Shown here: piece after piece, positions 46,217 through 57,005 of the stretch | Layout: every line of letters begins with the position of its first letter | How positions within the stretch are numbered: position 1 is the stretch's first letter | Source of the DNA: Pleomorphochaeta sp. | Lineage (GTDB): Bacteria > Spirochaetota > Spirochaetia > Sphaerochaetales > Sphaerochaetaceae | Reading direction: 5' to 3' | Length of the DNA stretch: 64,000 bases | Assembly (NCBI GenBank): GCA_028532815.1 | Contig: JAQQAS010000047.1 | Span: 10,841-74,840, forward strand | Position numbers and translations under genes: made by a program | Notes under the pieces: generated by a model | Seen by the model: only the letters and a program-made list of their open reading frames with translations | What the model was told of the DNA's origin: nothing | The model's database searches: none

Positions 46217-46801
46217 TTATAATTTAATATTTTCAAGTAGGGTATTCATAGCTCTTGCAGCTCTTCCTCTATGACTATAGAGACCTTTTGTATCTGAATC
46301 TAATTCAGCCATAGTTTTTTTCAACTCTGGTAAATAAAACACAGGGTCATAACCAAAGCCTTCAACGCCAGTTTGACTTAGAGTAATTTCTCCATTAACT
46401 TCTTCTGTTACTGTATAAATCCTATATGGGCTTATATATGCGACTAAGGAGCAAACAAAACTAGCTTTTCTATTTTCAACACCTTTTAAATTGCTTAAAA
46501 GATATTCATTTCTTTCTTTACTTTCTAAAATCCTATTAAAAACATCACTGCCATATCTTGCAGTTTTAACTCCAGGTTTATTATCTAATGCTTGAACACA
46601 TAGTCCTGAATCATCAGCTATAATAGGCATTTTTAGCTCTTGATATAACGCTTCTGCTTTAAGTAGTGCGTTACCTAAAAAAGTAGGTTCATTTTCCTCT
46701 ACTTCTATCATATTTTCAGCTTTAGCTAAATCAATATTTGGCATTAAAGCTTTTAATTCTTTAAATTTGTGATCATTTGTCGTTGCTAAAATAAAGTTCA
46801 T
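46217..46801 (-). CDS. rdgB: Non-canonical purine NTP pyrophosphatase (dITP/XTP; RdgB/HAM1)
   Basis: Motifs ATTNDHKFKE, EENEPTFLGNALLKA, IADDSGL, FGYDPVF and SHRGRA. Confidence 0.85.
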   Translation of the reverse strand: MNFILATTNDHKFKELKALMPNIDLAKAENMIEVEENEPTFLGNALLKAEALYQELKMPIIADDSGLCVQALDNKPGVKTARYGSDVFNRILESKERNEYLLSNLKGVENRKASFVCSLVAYISPYRIYTVTEEVNGEITLSQTGVEGFGYDPVFYLPELKKTMAELDSDTKGLYSHRGRAARAMNTLLENIKL

Positions 46802-47028
46802 AATTCAAAGATACAATTAGTTTAAAAACTAGACAAGCAATTATACTTAAATTTAGATTTTTTTTCTTGCAAAATGAGATTATCAATGTTTTACTATTTA
46901 ATGTAGAGTTTGATAAATTGAACAAAGGAGTGAACAAATATTGATTTTTTAATTAAAAATTAAAGCTTTTAATCAATTTATCATTTTTTTATTTAAATTT
47001 TAGCTTTAAATAAAAGAAGGAGGTCTCT

Positions 47029-48102
47029 ATGTTAAAGAAAACATCTTTATATGATGAACATGTATCTCTAAATGGTAAAATGGTTGAGTTTGCCAATTTT
47101 ATATTGCCAATTCAATATACTTCAATAGTCAATGAACATATGGCAGTTAGAGAAAACGTTGGTGTTTTTGATGTTTCTCATATGGGAGAAATTTTAATTG
47201 AAGGGGATAAAGCAATATCCTTTGTTAATTACTTAGTCTGTACTAATATTGCTTTAATTAAACCTACTAGAATTAAATATTCAATGCTCTTAGATGATAA
47301 TGGCGCAATTATTGATGATTTACTTATTTATTGTTTAAGTGAAACTAAATTATTATTAGTTGTAAACGCATCTAATAAAGAAAAAGATTATAAGTGGATA
47401 GTTGATCATCAAAAAGATGGGGTAGTTATTAGCGATAAAAGTGATTATTACTCACAAATTGCTATCCAAGGACCTAAATCGAAAGCTTTGTTAGAGAAAA
47501 TTGTTGATTTAAGTTTATTACCAACTAAATATTATACTTTTAAAGAGAGTGTCAAAATATTAGATCATGAAGTTCTTGTTTCAAAAACTGGTTATACAGG
47601 TGAAGAAGGTTATGAAATATATGGAGATGGAGCCTCAATTAAAGATATTTTTAACCATTTGATTAAATTAGAGGCAACACCATGTGGTTTAGGTGCTAGA
47701 GATACTTTAAGACTTGAGGCTGGAATGCCATTGTATGGTCATGAGATGGATGGTACCACAACACCTTTAGATACATCTTTAGAATATTTTTGCAAATTAG
47801 ATAAAGAAGACTTTATTGGAAAAGATAAATTAGAAGATAAAGGTTTAACAAGAGTTGGCTTAGAAAATTTAGATAAAGGTATTATCAGAGACAAAATGGA
47901 AGTTTATTATAACGATTCATTAATTGGCTATACTACAAGTGGTACATTTCTTCCTTATCTAAAAGGCTCTTATGCTATGGCAATAATTAATAAAAATTAT
48001 TCTATGGCAAATACTATAGTTGATGTTAAAATTAGAAATAGATTAGTTAAAGCTAAAATTGTTAATCTTCCTTTTTATAAGAGGAAGAAAGTCGGAGGTT
48101 AA
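47029..48102 (+). CDS. gcvT: Glycine cleavage system T protein (aminomethyltransferase)
   Basis: Motifs TSLYDEH, VGVFDVSHMGE and TGYTGEEGYE. AGGAGG RBS. Confidence 0.9.
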   Translation: MLKKTSLYDEHVSLNGKMVEFANFILPIQYTSIVNEHMAVRENVGVFDVSHMGEILIEGDKAISFVNYLVCTNIALIKPTRIKYSMLLDDNGAIIDDLLIYCLSETKLLLVVNASNKEKDYKWIVDHQKDGVVISDKSDYYSQIAIQGPKSKALLEKIVDLSLLPTKYYTFKESVKILDHEVLVSKTGYTGEEGYEIYGDGASIKDIFNHLIKLEATPCGLGARDTLRLEAGMPLYGHEMDGTTTPLDTSLEYFCKLDKEDFIGKDKLEDKGLTRVGLENLDKGIIRDKMEVYYNDSLIGYTTSGTFLPYLKGSYAMAIINKNYSMANTIVDVKIRNRLVKAKIVNLPFYKRKKVGG

Positions 48103-48105
48103 ATT

Positions 48106-48471
48106 ATGGAAAAACAACTGCTTTATAGTGAGTCTCACGAATGGGTTAAATGGATAAATGAAAGTGAAGCTTTTGTTGGTCTTAGTGAATATGCTGCATC
48201 TCAATTAGGAGATATAGTATATGTAAATATCGATGCAGATGAAGTTTCACTCAAGGATGTCTTAGGTGATATTGAAAGTGTAAAAGCAGTCTCTGATTTT
48301 TATTCTCCTCTAGAAGGAACTGTAGTTGAAGTAAATCAAGAAATAATTGATAACCCAGCTTTGATTAATGAAGATAGCGAGAATACTTGGATTTGTAAGA
48401 TTGCTAATGTAACAAATAATGTAAAATTATTAAGTAAAGAAGAATATGATGCCTTTATAAAGGAACAGTAA
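48106..48471 (+). CDS. gcvH: Glycine cleavage system H protein
   Basis: 121 aa with the lipoyl-lysine motif ESVKAVSD. Confidence 0.9.
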   Translation: MEKQLLYSESHEWVKWINESEAFVGLSEYAASQLGDIVYVNIDADEVSLKDVLGDIESVKAVSDFYSPLEGTVVEVNQEIIDNPALINEDSENTWICKIANVTNNVKLLSKEEYDAFIKEQ

Positions 48472-49787
48472 TGAGTTATGTAGTTACTAGTGAAAAAGAA
48501 AAAAAGCAAATGCTTGAAGAAATCGGAATTTCTAGTATTGAAGAATTATATAAAGATATTCCAAAAGAAGTTTTCTTAACTGAGCCTCTTAATTTAGAAG
48601 AAGGGAAAAGTGAATTTGAAGTATTAGCTGAGATGAGGAAAATAGCTCAAAAAAATGTAATTTTTGATTCAACTTTTAGAGGAGCTGGTAGCTATAGACA
48701 TTTAATACCTGAGGTGGTTAAACATCTTAGTTCCTTAAGTGGCTTTGCAACTTCATATACCCCTTATCAAGCTGAAATTTCTCAAGGTAATTTACAATCA
48801 ATTTTTGAATATCAAAGTGAAATCTGTAATCTTTGTGATTTAGAGGTCTCAAATTCTTCTATTTATGATGGTGCTAGTGCAAGTTGTGAAGCTTTAGTTA
48901 TGAGTCTAAAGCGAGACAAAAATAAGGTTTTAATATCAAAAGCAATTCATCCGAATTATATAGATGCAATAAAAGCATATGCTTTTGCAAGGGATATTAG
49001 AATTGAAGAAATAGATATTGAAGAAGGATTAACTTCTTTAGATAATTTAAAAAAGAAAGATTTAGAGTCAGTTTCATCCATAATTGTTCAAAGTCCAAAC
49101 TTTTATGGTCTTATAGAAGATGTTGAATCTATATCAACTTTTTCAAAAGATAATAAATTAGAATGTGTAGAAATTGTTAATCCAATCTCTTTAGGAATGT
49201 TGAAAACTCCTGGTGAAATGGGGGTTGAATTAGCATGTGGAGAAGCTCAACCTTTAGGTTTAGATCAAGGTTTTGGTGGACCCTATTTGGGCTTTATTGC
49301 AGCTAGTAATAAGTATCTAAGAAAAATCCCTGGTAGAATTGTTGGACAAACAACTGATGTAAATGATAAAGAAGCTTATGTTTTAACTCTCCAAGCTAGA
49401 GAACAGCATATAAGAAGAGAAAAAGCTTCTTCTAGTATTTGTTCTAACCAAGCTTTAAGTGCTCTTAGATGTGCTATATACATGGCAGCAATGGGAAAAC
49501 AAGGTATTAAGGAAGTTGCAAAGAGATCTTTCAATAATGCTCATTATGCAATGGAGCAAATAACAAATATTGATGGGTTTTCTAGAAAATGGAAAGGTGA
49601 GTTTTTCCATGAATTTGTGATTGATACTAAAGTTGATGTTGATTTAATAAATAAAGCTTTAAAAGAGAATAACATAGAAGGGCCTTATAAATTAGGTAAA
49701 AATGAAATGCTAGTATGTCTAACTGAAGCTTTAAGTAAAACGGAAATTGATAAATTTATTGATATCCTTAGGCAGGTGAAAAAATGA
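48471..49787 (+). CDS. gcvPA: Glycine dehydrogenase (decarboxylating) subunit 1
   Basis: 438 aa. Motifs TSYTPYQAEISQG and REQHIRREKASSSICSNQ. Position in the operon fits. Confidence 0.9.
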   Translation: MSYVVTSEKEKKQMLEEIGISSIEELYKDIPKEVFLTEPLNLEEGKSEFEVLAEMRKIAQKNVIFDSTFRGAGSYRHLIPEVVKHLSSLSGFATSYTPYQAEISQGNLQSIFEYQSEICNLCDLEVSNSSIYDGASASCEALVMSLKRDKNKVLISKAIHPNYIDAIKAYAFARDIRIEEIDIEEGLTSLDNLKKKDLESVSSIIVQSPNFYGLIEDVESISTFSKDNKLECVEIVNPISLGMLKTPGEMGVELACGEAQPLGLDQGFGGPYLGFIAASNKYLRKIPGRIVGQTTDVNDKEAYVLTLQAREQHIRREKASSSICSNQALSALRCAIYMAAMGKQGIKEVAKRSFNNAHYAMEQITNIDGFSRKWKGEFFHEFVIDTKVDVDLINKALKENNIEGPYKLGKNEMLVCLTEALSKTEIDKFIDILRQVKK

Positions 49788-51211
49788 ATTTAATCTTTGA
49801 AAAATCAATTGAAAATCACCGTTGCACTATCCTCCCTAAAACAGATATTGCAGATTATAAAATAGATGATTCTTATCTAAGAAAAACCAAAGTTAAATTA
49901 CCTGAAATTGCAGAAGTTGATTTAGTTAGACATTATACCAATTTATCTAAAAAAACTTTTGGTGTAGATAATGGTTTTTATCCTTTAGGCTCTTGTACAA
50001 TGAAATATAATCCTAAAGTAAATGATAGTTGTGCTGCTCTTAGGGGCTTTAGTGAAATATCTCCAAATAGTGATGAAGAAGATGTTCAAGGTGCTCTTGA
50101 AGTTATTTGGGAAAGTGATAGATCTCTTTGTGAAATTACTGGTATGGATAAAATGGTATTCCAACCTGGAGCCGGAGCTCATGCAGAATTTACTAGTCTT
50201 TTAATGATTAAGAAATATTTTCATACTAAAGGAGATTTGAATAGGACTAAGATAATAATTCCAGATAGTGCACATGGAACTAACCCAGCTAGTGCAAGTA
50301 TGAATGGCTTTAATGTTATTTCTATTGAGAGCAAAAATGGAATTATTGATTTAGAAAAATTAGATCAAGTACTAGATGAAAGTGTTGCAGCTCTTATGCT
50401 AACCAATCCTAATACTTTAGGATTATATGATAAAGGAATTTTAGAAATAACTAAAAAAGTCCATGCTTGTGGAGCTCTTTGTTATTATGATGGTGCAAAC
50501 CTAAATGCAATTATGGGAATTTGTAAACCTGGGGCTATGGGTTTTGATTGTATACATTTAAACTTACACAAAACATTCTCAACTCCACATGGAGGAGGCG
50601 GCCCAGGAGTAGGTGCTCTAGGATGTAAGTCTTTTTTAATGGATTTTTTACCTACTCCAATTGTAATAAAGGAAAATGAGTCTTTTAAATTTTATAAGCC
50701 AGTAAATTCAATAAATAAAGTTACAGCCTTTTATGGAAACTTTCTTGTATTAGTTAGAGCTTTAAGCTATCTAAAACATTTAGGCTCTAATGGAATTAGA
50801 GAAGCTAGTGAGAATGCTGTTCTTAATGCAAACTATATGAAAGCAAAATTGAGTAAGACTTTTAATGAACCTTTTAGTGGTTATTGTATGCATGAATTTG
50901 TATTAGATTTGTCTTCTTTTAAAGAGGGATATGGTATTAGAGCACTAGATGTTTGTAAGAGGATGCTTGATTTCAAAATGCATCCACCAACAATGTATTT
51001 CCCACTCATTGTTCATGAAGCTTTAATGTTTGAACCTACAGAAACTGAGGGAAAGCATACGTTAGATAAGGCTATAGAGGTATTAGAAAAAATAGTTAAT
51101 GAAATAAAGAGTGGTAATTTAGATTTAACACAAGCTCCTTTTACTACTGAGTATTCAAGAATGGATGAGGTAAAAGCAGCAAGGAACCCAATTATAAGGT
51201 ATGGAAATTAA
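49784..51211 (+). CDS. gcvPB: Glycine dehydrogenase (decarboxylating) subunit 2
   Basis: 475 aa with the PLP-lysine region HLNLHKTFSTPHGGGGPG. Confidence 0.9.
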   Translation: MNLIFEKSIENHRCTILPKTDIADYKIDDSYLRKTKVKLPEIAEVDLVRHYTNLSKKTFGVDNGFYPLGSCTMKYNPKVNDSCAALRGFSEISPNSDEEDVQGALEVIWESDRSLCEITGMDKMVFQPGAGAHAEFTSLLMIKKYFHTKGDLNRTKIIIPDSAHGTNPASASMNGFNVISIESKNGIIDLEKLDQVLDESVAALMLTNPNTLGLYDKGILEITKKVHACGALCYYDGANLNAIMGICKPGAMGFDCIHLNLHKTFSTPHGGGGPGVGALGCKSFLMDFLPTPIVIKENESFKFYKPVNSINKVTAFYGNFLVLVRALSYLKHLGSNGIREASENAVLNANYMKAKLSKTFNEPFSGYCMHEFVLDLSSFKEGYGIRALDVCKRMLDFKMHPPTMYFPLIVHEALMFEPTETEGKHTLDKAIEVLEKIVNEIKSGNLDLTQAPFTTEYSRMDEVKAARNPIIRYGN

Positions 51212-52166
51212 AAGAATTAAATATTATGAAAGTAAGAGTTTTAATCCATACATTAATCTTTCTTTTGAAGAAAAGTTAATGAGTGAGTTAAAACAAGGAG
51301 AGTTGATTTTTTATATATGGCAAAATCAAAATACTGTAGTAATTGGCAAAAATCAAAGTGCAAAAGCTCAATGTAATCTAGAGTTAATGAAAAAAGATTA
51401 TATATCTTTAGCTAGAAGATCGTCTGGAGGTGGAGCAGTATATCATGATTTGGGAAATTTGAATTTTACTTTTATTTCTTCTAATGATGAGTTTAATATT
51501 AAGAAAAATTTACAAGTTATTAAACAAGCCTTATTAGAATTTGGAATTGAAGCAACATTCAGTGGTAGAAATGATTTATTAGTTGATGGATATAAAATAA
51601 GTGGGCAAGCTTATTTAAAAACAAAAGATGTTTCTCTCCATCATGGAACTTTGCTTGTAGATGTTAATTTAGATAATTTATCAAAATATTTAAGAGTTGA
51701 TGAAGATAAACTTAAAAACCATGGTGTTAAAAGTCATACTCAAAGAGTAAAGAATATTTCCCAATTTAACAATCAAGTAACTGTAGAAAAAATAATAACT
51801 CAGTTGAAAAAATCAGTTACTGATGTTTTTAATTGTCCTTTATCAGTTTGTGATATTACTGAAAATGATTTATGTAACAAATATTTTAGTGACCAATGGC
51901 TATATAGAATTGATATAGTTGGAGAGAGGATTAGCAAAAGATTTGATTATGGTTTATTAGATATTAATTTGAAGATTATTAATAAAATTATAGTTGATGT
52001 TCAAATAAATAGTGATTTGATGGATGTAAATATTATTGAACAAATTAAAGAAAATTTAATAAATAAAAAGTTCAATTATACCTTATTAGGAAGTATTAAC
52101 CTCAGTGATAGAATAATTGAAGCAGATTTGATTCAAATGTTAAAGGATAAACTATGTACGATTTAA
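51201..52166 (+). CDS. lplA: Lipoate-protein ligase A
   Basis: Motifs RRSSGGGAVYHDLGNLNFTF and KISGQAY. 321 aa. Overlaps both neighbouring genes. Confidence 0.85.
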   Translation: MEIKRIKYYESKSFNPYINLSFEEKLMSELKQGELIFYIWQNQNTVVIGKNQSAKAQCNLELMKKDYISLARRSSGGGAVYHDLGNLNFTFISSNDEFNIKKNLQVIKQALLEFGIEATFSGRNDLLVDGYKISGQAYLKTKDVSLHHGTLLVDVNLDNLSKYLRVDEDKLKNHGVKSHTQRVKNISQFNNQVTVEKIITQLKKSVTDVFNCPLSVCDITENDLCNKYFSDQWLYRIDIVGERISKRFDYGLLDINLKIINKIIVDVQINSDLMDVNIIEQIKENLINKKFNYTLLGSINLSDRIIEADLIQMLKDKLCTI

Positions 52167-53449
52167 TTATTGTTGGAGCTGGTCCTGCTGGCTATGAAGC
52201 AGCCTTAAAAGCTGCTAGTTTACAAAAAAAAGTATTATTAATAGAAAAAGATGAAATTGGCGGCACTTGTCTAAATTATGGATGTGTTCCTACAAAATCT
52301 TTACTAGCTCAAACAGCTTCTTTTAGTGAAATATTAAAGAATACTTCTTTTTTATTATGTGATAATTTAAGCGTTGATTATTTAAAAATTTTAGAGAATA
52401 AAAACAAAACCGTTGATAGAATGAAAAAAGGTGTAGAATTTTTATTAAAGAAAAACAATGTAGATATTATTAGAGGGGAAGCGTCCCTTGAAAATAACAA
52501 TTCTGTGAAAGTTAATGACCAAGAATTTACTGGGGATAATATTCTTCTTGCTTTAGGATCTAAAAGTGTAAATCTAAATATTGAGGGATTTGATAATTGT
52601 ATTGATAGTAAGCAATTTTTGCAAACTGATTTAACTGATATTAATAAAGTTGTGATAATTGGTGGTGGTGTAATAGGGGTTGAAATTGCAACTATTTTAA
52701 CTAATTTAAAAATTAAAGTAACAATTATTGAAGCTCAAGAAAGGTTGATACTAAATTCTGACCAAGGTGCATCTTTGAGACTAAAAAAAATACTCAATAG
52801 ATCAGGAGTTATAATTAAATTAAATACTTTTATAGAAAGAATTGAAAAAGGAAAAGTTTTTGCTGATGGTGCTATCTATGAGGGAGATTTAATAATTTCT
52901 TGTGTAGGACGTACTCCAAATACAAATAGTATTGACCCATTAAATATACTCGAGAAAGAACAAGGATTTATTAAAGTTGATTCTACTTTTAAAACAAATA
53001 TAGATAATATATATGCTGTAGGAGATTGTATTAAAGGTTTGCAATTAGCTCATTATGCTAAATCATGTGCTCTAAACGTTGTTAACAATCTTTATAGTAA
53101 TCAATCCTTATATAACTTAAAAAACATCCCTCAATGCATTTATACAAGTGATGAGATAGCCTTTGTTGGTAGTTTTGAAAATGATAATGATCTGGTAGTT
53201 CAAAGAGATTTTATCGCTAATCCAAAAGCTGTTATTGAAAATCAAAATAAAGGGTTTTTAAAATTAGTGTTTACAAGAGAAGGGTTTTTTAAAGGTGCTA
53301 CTTTAATGTGTCCTAGAGCTAGTGATATGATAAATATTTTTGTAACCGCACTAAATAACAAGCTAAGCATTCAGGAGATGGCTAAAGATGTATATCCCCA
53401 TCCTTCATTTTCTGAAGCTATAGGGGATATAATTTCTCAGGCTATATAA
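52154..53449 (+). CDS. lpdA: Dihydrolipoyl dehydrogenase (L protein), somewhat short at 431 aa
   Basis: Motifs GAGPAGYEAA, the redox disulfide GGTCLNYGCVPTK, a second GGGVIGVE fold, and C-terminal HPSFSE. Confidence 0.8.
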   Translation: MYDLIIVGAGPAGYEAALKAASLQKKVLLIEKDEIGGTCLNYGCVPTKSLLAQTASFSEILKNTSFLLCDNLSVDYLKILENKNKTVDRMKKGVEFLLKKNNVDIIRGEASLENNNSVKVNDQEFTGDNILLALGSKSVNLNIEGFDNCIDSKQFLQTDLTDINKVVIIGGGVIGVEIATILTNLKIKVTIIEAQERLILNSDQGASLRLKKILNRSGVIIKLNTFIERIEKGKVFADGAIYEGDLIISCVGRTPNTNSIDPLNILEKEQGFIKVDSTFKTNIDNIYAVGDCIKGLQLAHYAKSCALNVVNNLYSNQSLYNLKNIPQCIYTSDEIAFVGSFENDNDLVVQRDFIANPKAVIENQNKGFLKLVFTREGFFKGATLMCPRASDMINIFVTALNNKLSIQEMAKDVYPHPSFSEAIGDIISQAI

Positions 53450-53474
53450 TTTAATTTATCAACATACTATATAT

Positions 53475-54542
53475 TTAAGAGATTTCCAAAGTTTTATTTA
53501 AAATACTTTTTGCACTACTAATAGATGATGCAACTGTCCCTTTTTTTATATCCAAAGCCTTAGCAAGTGTTCTTTGAGATACATGCATATTTAAGGTTTT
53601 TCTTATTTTTTCTGCATTATTTATCATTGCTTTTTTATCCCAAGCGATAGATGTGTTTAGCTTTTCTTCATCATATAATTTAGATGTAAGCTTATAATGG
53701 TTTATTAGATAATTTTTATAATGCTTATTATTTAACTCTGAATATTTATTAAATCTTTCATATTTTTCACTTTGAAGATTTCTGCAAGAGGTAAATAATT
53801 CAATTGTTTTATTTTTATCTGTTGAAAACACATAAGATACTTCGTCAATAAAATTATCCAAAATCGCATCTGGCATTGTTAGTAAAAGTAGTAGTATACT
53901 TCGCCTTGTAGATTTTTTACTTACTTTCTTCTTTAAAGGATTTAGGTAATAATAGGTATAATTTATCTTATTATTAGTCTCAGTATCTAAAACTTCATAA
54001 AAAAGCTCATAGAAAGTCTTGTCAGTGAAATTGGTTTCAGGTTCATTAAATAAAATATATTTAGGTTCTTTTTCTTCAAATTTATATTTTAATGTAGCTA
54101 TAGTGGTTGAGCTTTGATTAGAGTCATCATACATTATCTCTTTTTCAAAAACATCACTATGGTTAATTACTACTTCTAAATTTAGGTTGTCATATAAATA
54201 ATCATGTTTGACTTTAAGTTTATAATACTTTATAGATATTTTAATAAAGTTAAGATAATATTTTTTAAAGTTGCTAGAACAACTACTATCGAAATTATAA
54301 ACTGTATTTCTAATTTTCAAATTGCTAACCAGAAAGAAATCTGATATTACTTGTTCCTGTAACAAATTATTAAATAAGGGGTAATAGTATAAAAGAAATT
54401 GACAGTTTTGGATTAATTTTTTAGTTGCACTTCCTATAAAATCCTCTTTTTTTGACTCTTTATACATCTCGTTTAATAAATTGGAATTTAATAGTTTTTT
54501 ATACTCTTTTTTCATATTTAAAATTGAAAGTTTTTCTTTCAT
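53475..54542 (-). CDS. Hypothetical protein with a C-terminal sigma-70 region-4-like HTH
   Basis: 355 aa, Tyr/Asn/Lys-rich. The C-terminus VSQRTLAKALDIKKGTVASSISSAKSILNK resembles region 4.2 of sigma/ECF factors. The remainder is unrecognisable. Confidence 0.4.
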   Translation of the reverse strand: MKEKLSILNMKKEYKKLLNSNLLNEMYKESKKEDFIGSATKKLIQNCQFLLYYYPLFNNLLQEQVISDFFLVSNLKIRNTVYNFDSSCSSNFKKYYLNFIKISIKYYKLKVKHDYLYDNLNLEVVINHSDVFEKEIMYDDSNQSSTTIATLKYKFEEKEPKYILFNEPETNFTDKTFYELFYEVLDTETNNKINYTYYYLNPLKKKVSKKSTRRSILLLLLTMPDAILDNFIDEVSYVFSTDKNKTIELFTSCRNLQSEKYERFNKYSELNNKHYKNYLINHYKLTSKLYDEEKLNTSIAWDKKAMINNAEKIRKTLNMHVSQRTLAKALDIKKGTVASSISSAKSILNKTLEIS

Positions 54543-54661
54543 CCTCCTTTCTCAGAGATATGCAAAGACTATGCCATCTGCCATTTAGGGAAAGTGTCAA
54601 AAGTTTATAAATATGAGTAATATCAACATTTAGATTGATTTTAAGATATTTAAATAGATAT

Positions 54662-54695
54662 AAAAAAGCATTACTCAATAATTATTAAGTAATGC
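54662..54695 (-). terminator. Terminator of the tig-clpP-clpX-nrnA gene string
   Basis: GCATTACT / AGTAATGC 8-bp stem followed on the minus strand by a run of 6 U. Confidence 0.6.
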
Positions 54696-54742
54696 AGTAA
54701 AATTTTTTGTATTTAATATCCTAAAAATTAAAAAATATATTC

Positions 54743-55732
54743 CTAATTTTTACAGGTGAAAACTTTTTGGATACGAGCTGTTACTTTTTCAATAACTTCA
54801 TCCATAGTTCCTTCAATTGTTGCTCCAGAGGCTTTAACATGGCCACCACCACCAAAGTAACTTGCAAAATTACTCATATCAAAATCGCAATCATAATTAG
54901 CTCTTAATCCTAATTCAACTTTATTGTTCTCAACTTCTTTGAATAAGATTATAGCTTTTGTATTTTCAACACTTAATAGCTGTCCATAATAAGAATCACT
55001 AGGGCATTGGGCCCCATCAGTTAGGTAGTATTTTGAAGTTGCAATTTGATTGTTACACAAGAAAGTAGTTCTATCAATTAATTTAGATAAATTTTTAAGG
55101 TAAGCAAATGATTTTCCACCACTCATTTGAGCAAAAGTTAATCGAGGATCTGCACCTTTATTTACTAAATCTCCAGCCATTTTAATAGCATTACCATTGT
55201 CTTTAGATATGAATTTGAAAAATCCACTATCTGTAGCGAATCCAAAGAATAAATACTGTGCAATTTCTTCTGTTATATCAACGTTAAGTTCATCATATAA
55301 CTTCTGAATAAGTAGGGTAGTTGATATAGAATCTGTAAAAATATAACTATAGTCCCAACCGATATTTAAGGAAGTTTGATGATGGTCTATAACAACAGTC
55401 TTTAGACCTTCAACCTTTTGTGCAAGAGATCCGATTCTACTTAATTCCCCACAATCTACTAAAAAGATTAAAGGGTTTTTTTCAAGCATTGAATCGGTAA
55501 TTTCTCTTGCAAACAAAGATTCTACAGCTTTAGATTCCGCCCTCTCAAAAGGCCCGTCATTTGCAACAATAACTGATTCATAACCAATTTCTTCGAGTAA
55601 ATATTTCAAAGCAAGTTGGCTTGAAAAACAATCTCCATCAGGCTTCTTATGCCCAATGATAATAGCATTTTTCTCAGATTTTATTAAATCAAGGACCTTT
55701 TTAGAGTAATGGGGGAATGTAAATCTATTCAT
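54743..55732 (-). CDS. nrnA: DHH/DHHA1 phosphoesterase (NrnA-like oligoribonuclease / pAp phosphatase)
   Basis: Motifs [18 protein letters not shown] and [10 protein letters not shown]. Its start shares a base with the clpX stop. Confidence 0.75.
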   Translation of the reverse strand: MNRFTFPHYSKKVLDLIKSEKNAIIIGHKKPDGDCFSSQLALKYLLEEIGYESVIVANDGPFERAESKAVESLFAREITDSMLEKNPLIFLVDCGELSRIGSLAQKVEGLKTVVIDHHQTSLNIGWDYSYIFTDSISTTLLIQKLYDELNVDITEEIAQYLFFGFATDSGFFKFISKDNGNAIKMAGDLVNKGADPRLTFAQMSGGKSFAYLKNLSKLIDRTTFLCNNQIATSKYYLTDGAQCPSDSYYGQLLSVENTKAIILFKEVENNKVELGLRANYDCDFDMSNFASYFGGGGHVKASGATIEGTMDEVIEKVTARIQKVFTCKN

Positions 55733-57003
55733 TAAGCAGTAATCTCCTGAGTTTTAACAAAATCAATTAAATTGCCATCTTCAGAATAAACTTTAGGTTT
55801 AGCTCCTTCTGTGACACATTCTTTTGTTAAGATAACTTTAGTAGCATTTTTATGGGATGGAATATCAAACATTATTGAAATCATAATATTTTCAACAATT
55901 GATCTAAGTCCTCTTGCTCCAGTTTTTTGCTCTACAGCTTTTGCTGCAATTGCTTTTACTGCATCTTCTTCAAATTCAAGTTGAACATCTTCAAGTTTAA
56001 ATGAAGTAATATATTGTTTTATGATTGAATTTTTAGGTTCAGACACAATTCTTACTAAATCATTTTCTGTTAGATTGTTTAATGCAACATGAATAGGAAG
56101 ACGACCAATAAATTCTGGAATTAATCCAAATTTAACTAAGTCATCTGGTAGAATTTTTTTGTAGAGTTTAGACAAATCTTTTTCTTCTTCAGATAAGATA
56201 GTTGCACCAAATCCCATAGGTTGGGAAGCAACTCTTTTCTCAATTACCTTGTCTAATCCTACAAATGCACCACCACAAATAAATAGAATGTTACTTGTAT
56301 CTATTTTAAGCATTTCTTGGTTAGGATGCTTTCTTCCACCTTGAGGTGGTACTGAAGCAACTGTTCCTTCAATGATTTTTAATAGAGCTTGTTGAACACC
56401 TTCTCCACTAACATCACGTGTTATAGAAACATTTTCACCTTTTTTAGCAATTTTATCTATTTCGTCTACAAATATAATTCCGTGTTCAGCTAAAGTTATA
56501 TTATTATTGGCATTTTGAATAAGTTTTAACAAAATGTTTTCAACATCTTCACCAACATAACCAGCTTCAGTTAATGTTGTAGCATCTGCAATTGCAAATG
56601 GTACATCTAGTTTTTTAGCTAAAGTTCTAGCTAATAAAGTTTTACCAGTACCAGTTGGACCAATCATTAAGATGTTAGATTTATCAATTTCAACACCTTC
56701 ATTCTTTATTTTGCCTTGGAATTTAACTCTTTTGTAGTGATTATATACTGCAACTGACAAAACCCTTTTAGCATCATCTTGTCCAATTACATATTGATCT
56801 AAATATTCTTTTAGTTCTTTTGGAGTGGGAATAACTTCTGGTAGTACTTTATCACCATCTTCAATGATTGGTTCTTCTTGGAGAATAGCATTACAAGTTG
56901 CAATACATTCATCACAAATAGATACGCCAGGTCCATTGATTAGTTTTTTACAGTCAGAAGCTTTTTTTCCACAAAAGGAACAGGATTTACTACCTCTTGC
57001 CAT
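55732..57003 (-). CDS. clpX: ATP-dependent Clp protease ATP-binding subunit ClpX
   Basis: Zinc-finger CSFCGK...CDEC. Walker A GPTGTGKT, Walker [10 protein letters not shown], and GARGLRS. Confidence 0.95.
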   Translation of the reverse strand: MARGSKSCSFCGKKASDCKKLINGPGVSICDECIATCNAILQEEPIIEDGDKVLPEVIPTPKELKEYLDQYVIGQDDAKRVLSVAVYNHYKRVKFQGKIKNEGVEIDKSNILMIGPTGTGKTLLARTLAKKLDVPFAIADATTLTEAGYVGEDVENILLKLIQNANNNITLAEHGIIFVDEIDKIAKKGENVSITRDVSGEGVQQALLKIIEGTVASVPPQGGRKHPNQEMLKIDTSNILFICGGAFVGLDKVIEKRVASQPMGFGATILSEEEKDLSKLYKKILPDDLVKFGLIPEFIGRLPIHVALNNLTENDLVRIVSEPKNSIIKQYITSFKLEDVQLEFEEDAVKAIAAKAVEQKTGARGLRSIVENIMISIMFDIPSHKNATKVILTKECVTEGAKPKVYSEDGNLIDFVKTQEITA

Positions 57004-57005
57004 TA

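Noticed and set aside
46802-47028. A glycine riboswitch expected upstream of gcvT.
   Set aside because: The conserved GGAGAG...ACCGAAGGGGCAA-type cores are absent. Only AT-rich sequence with small hairpins is present.
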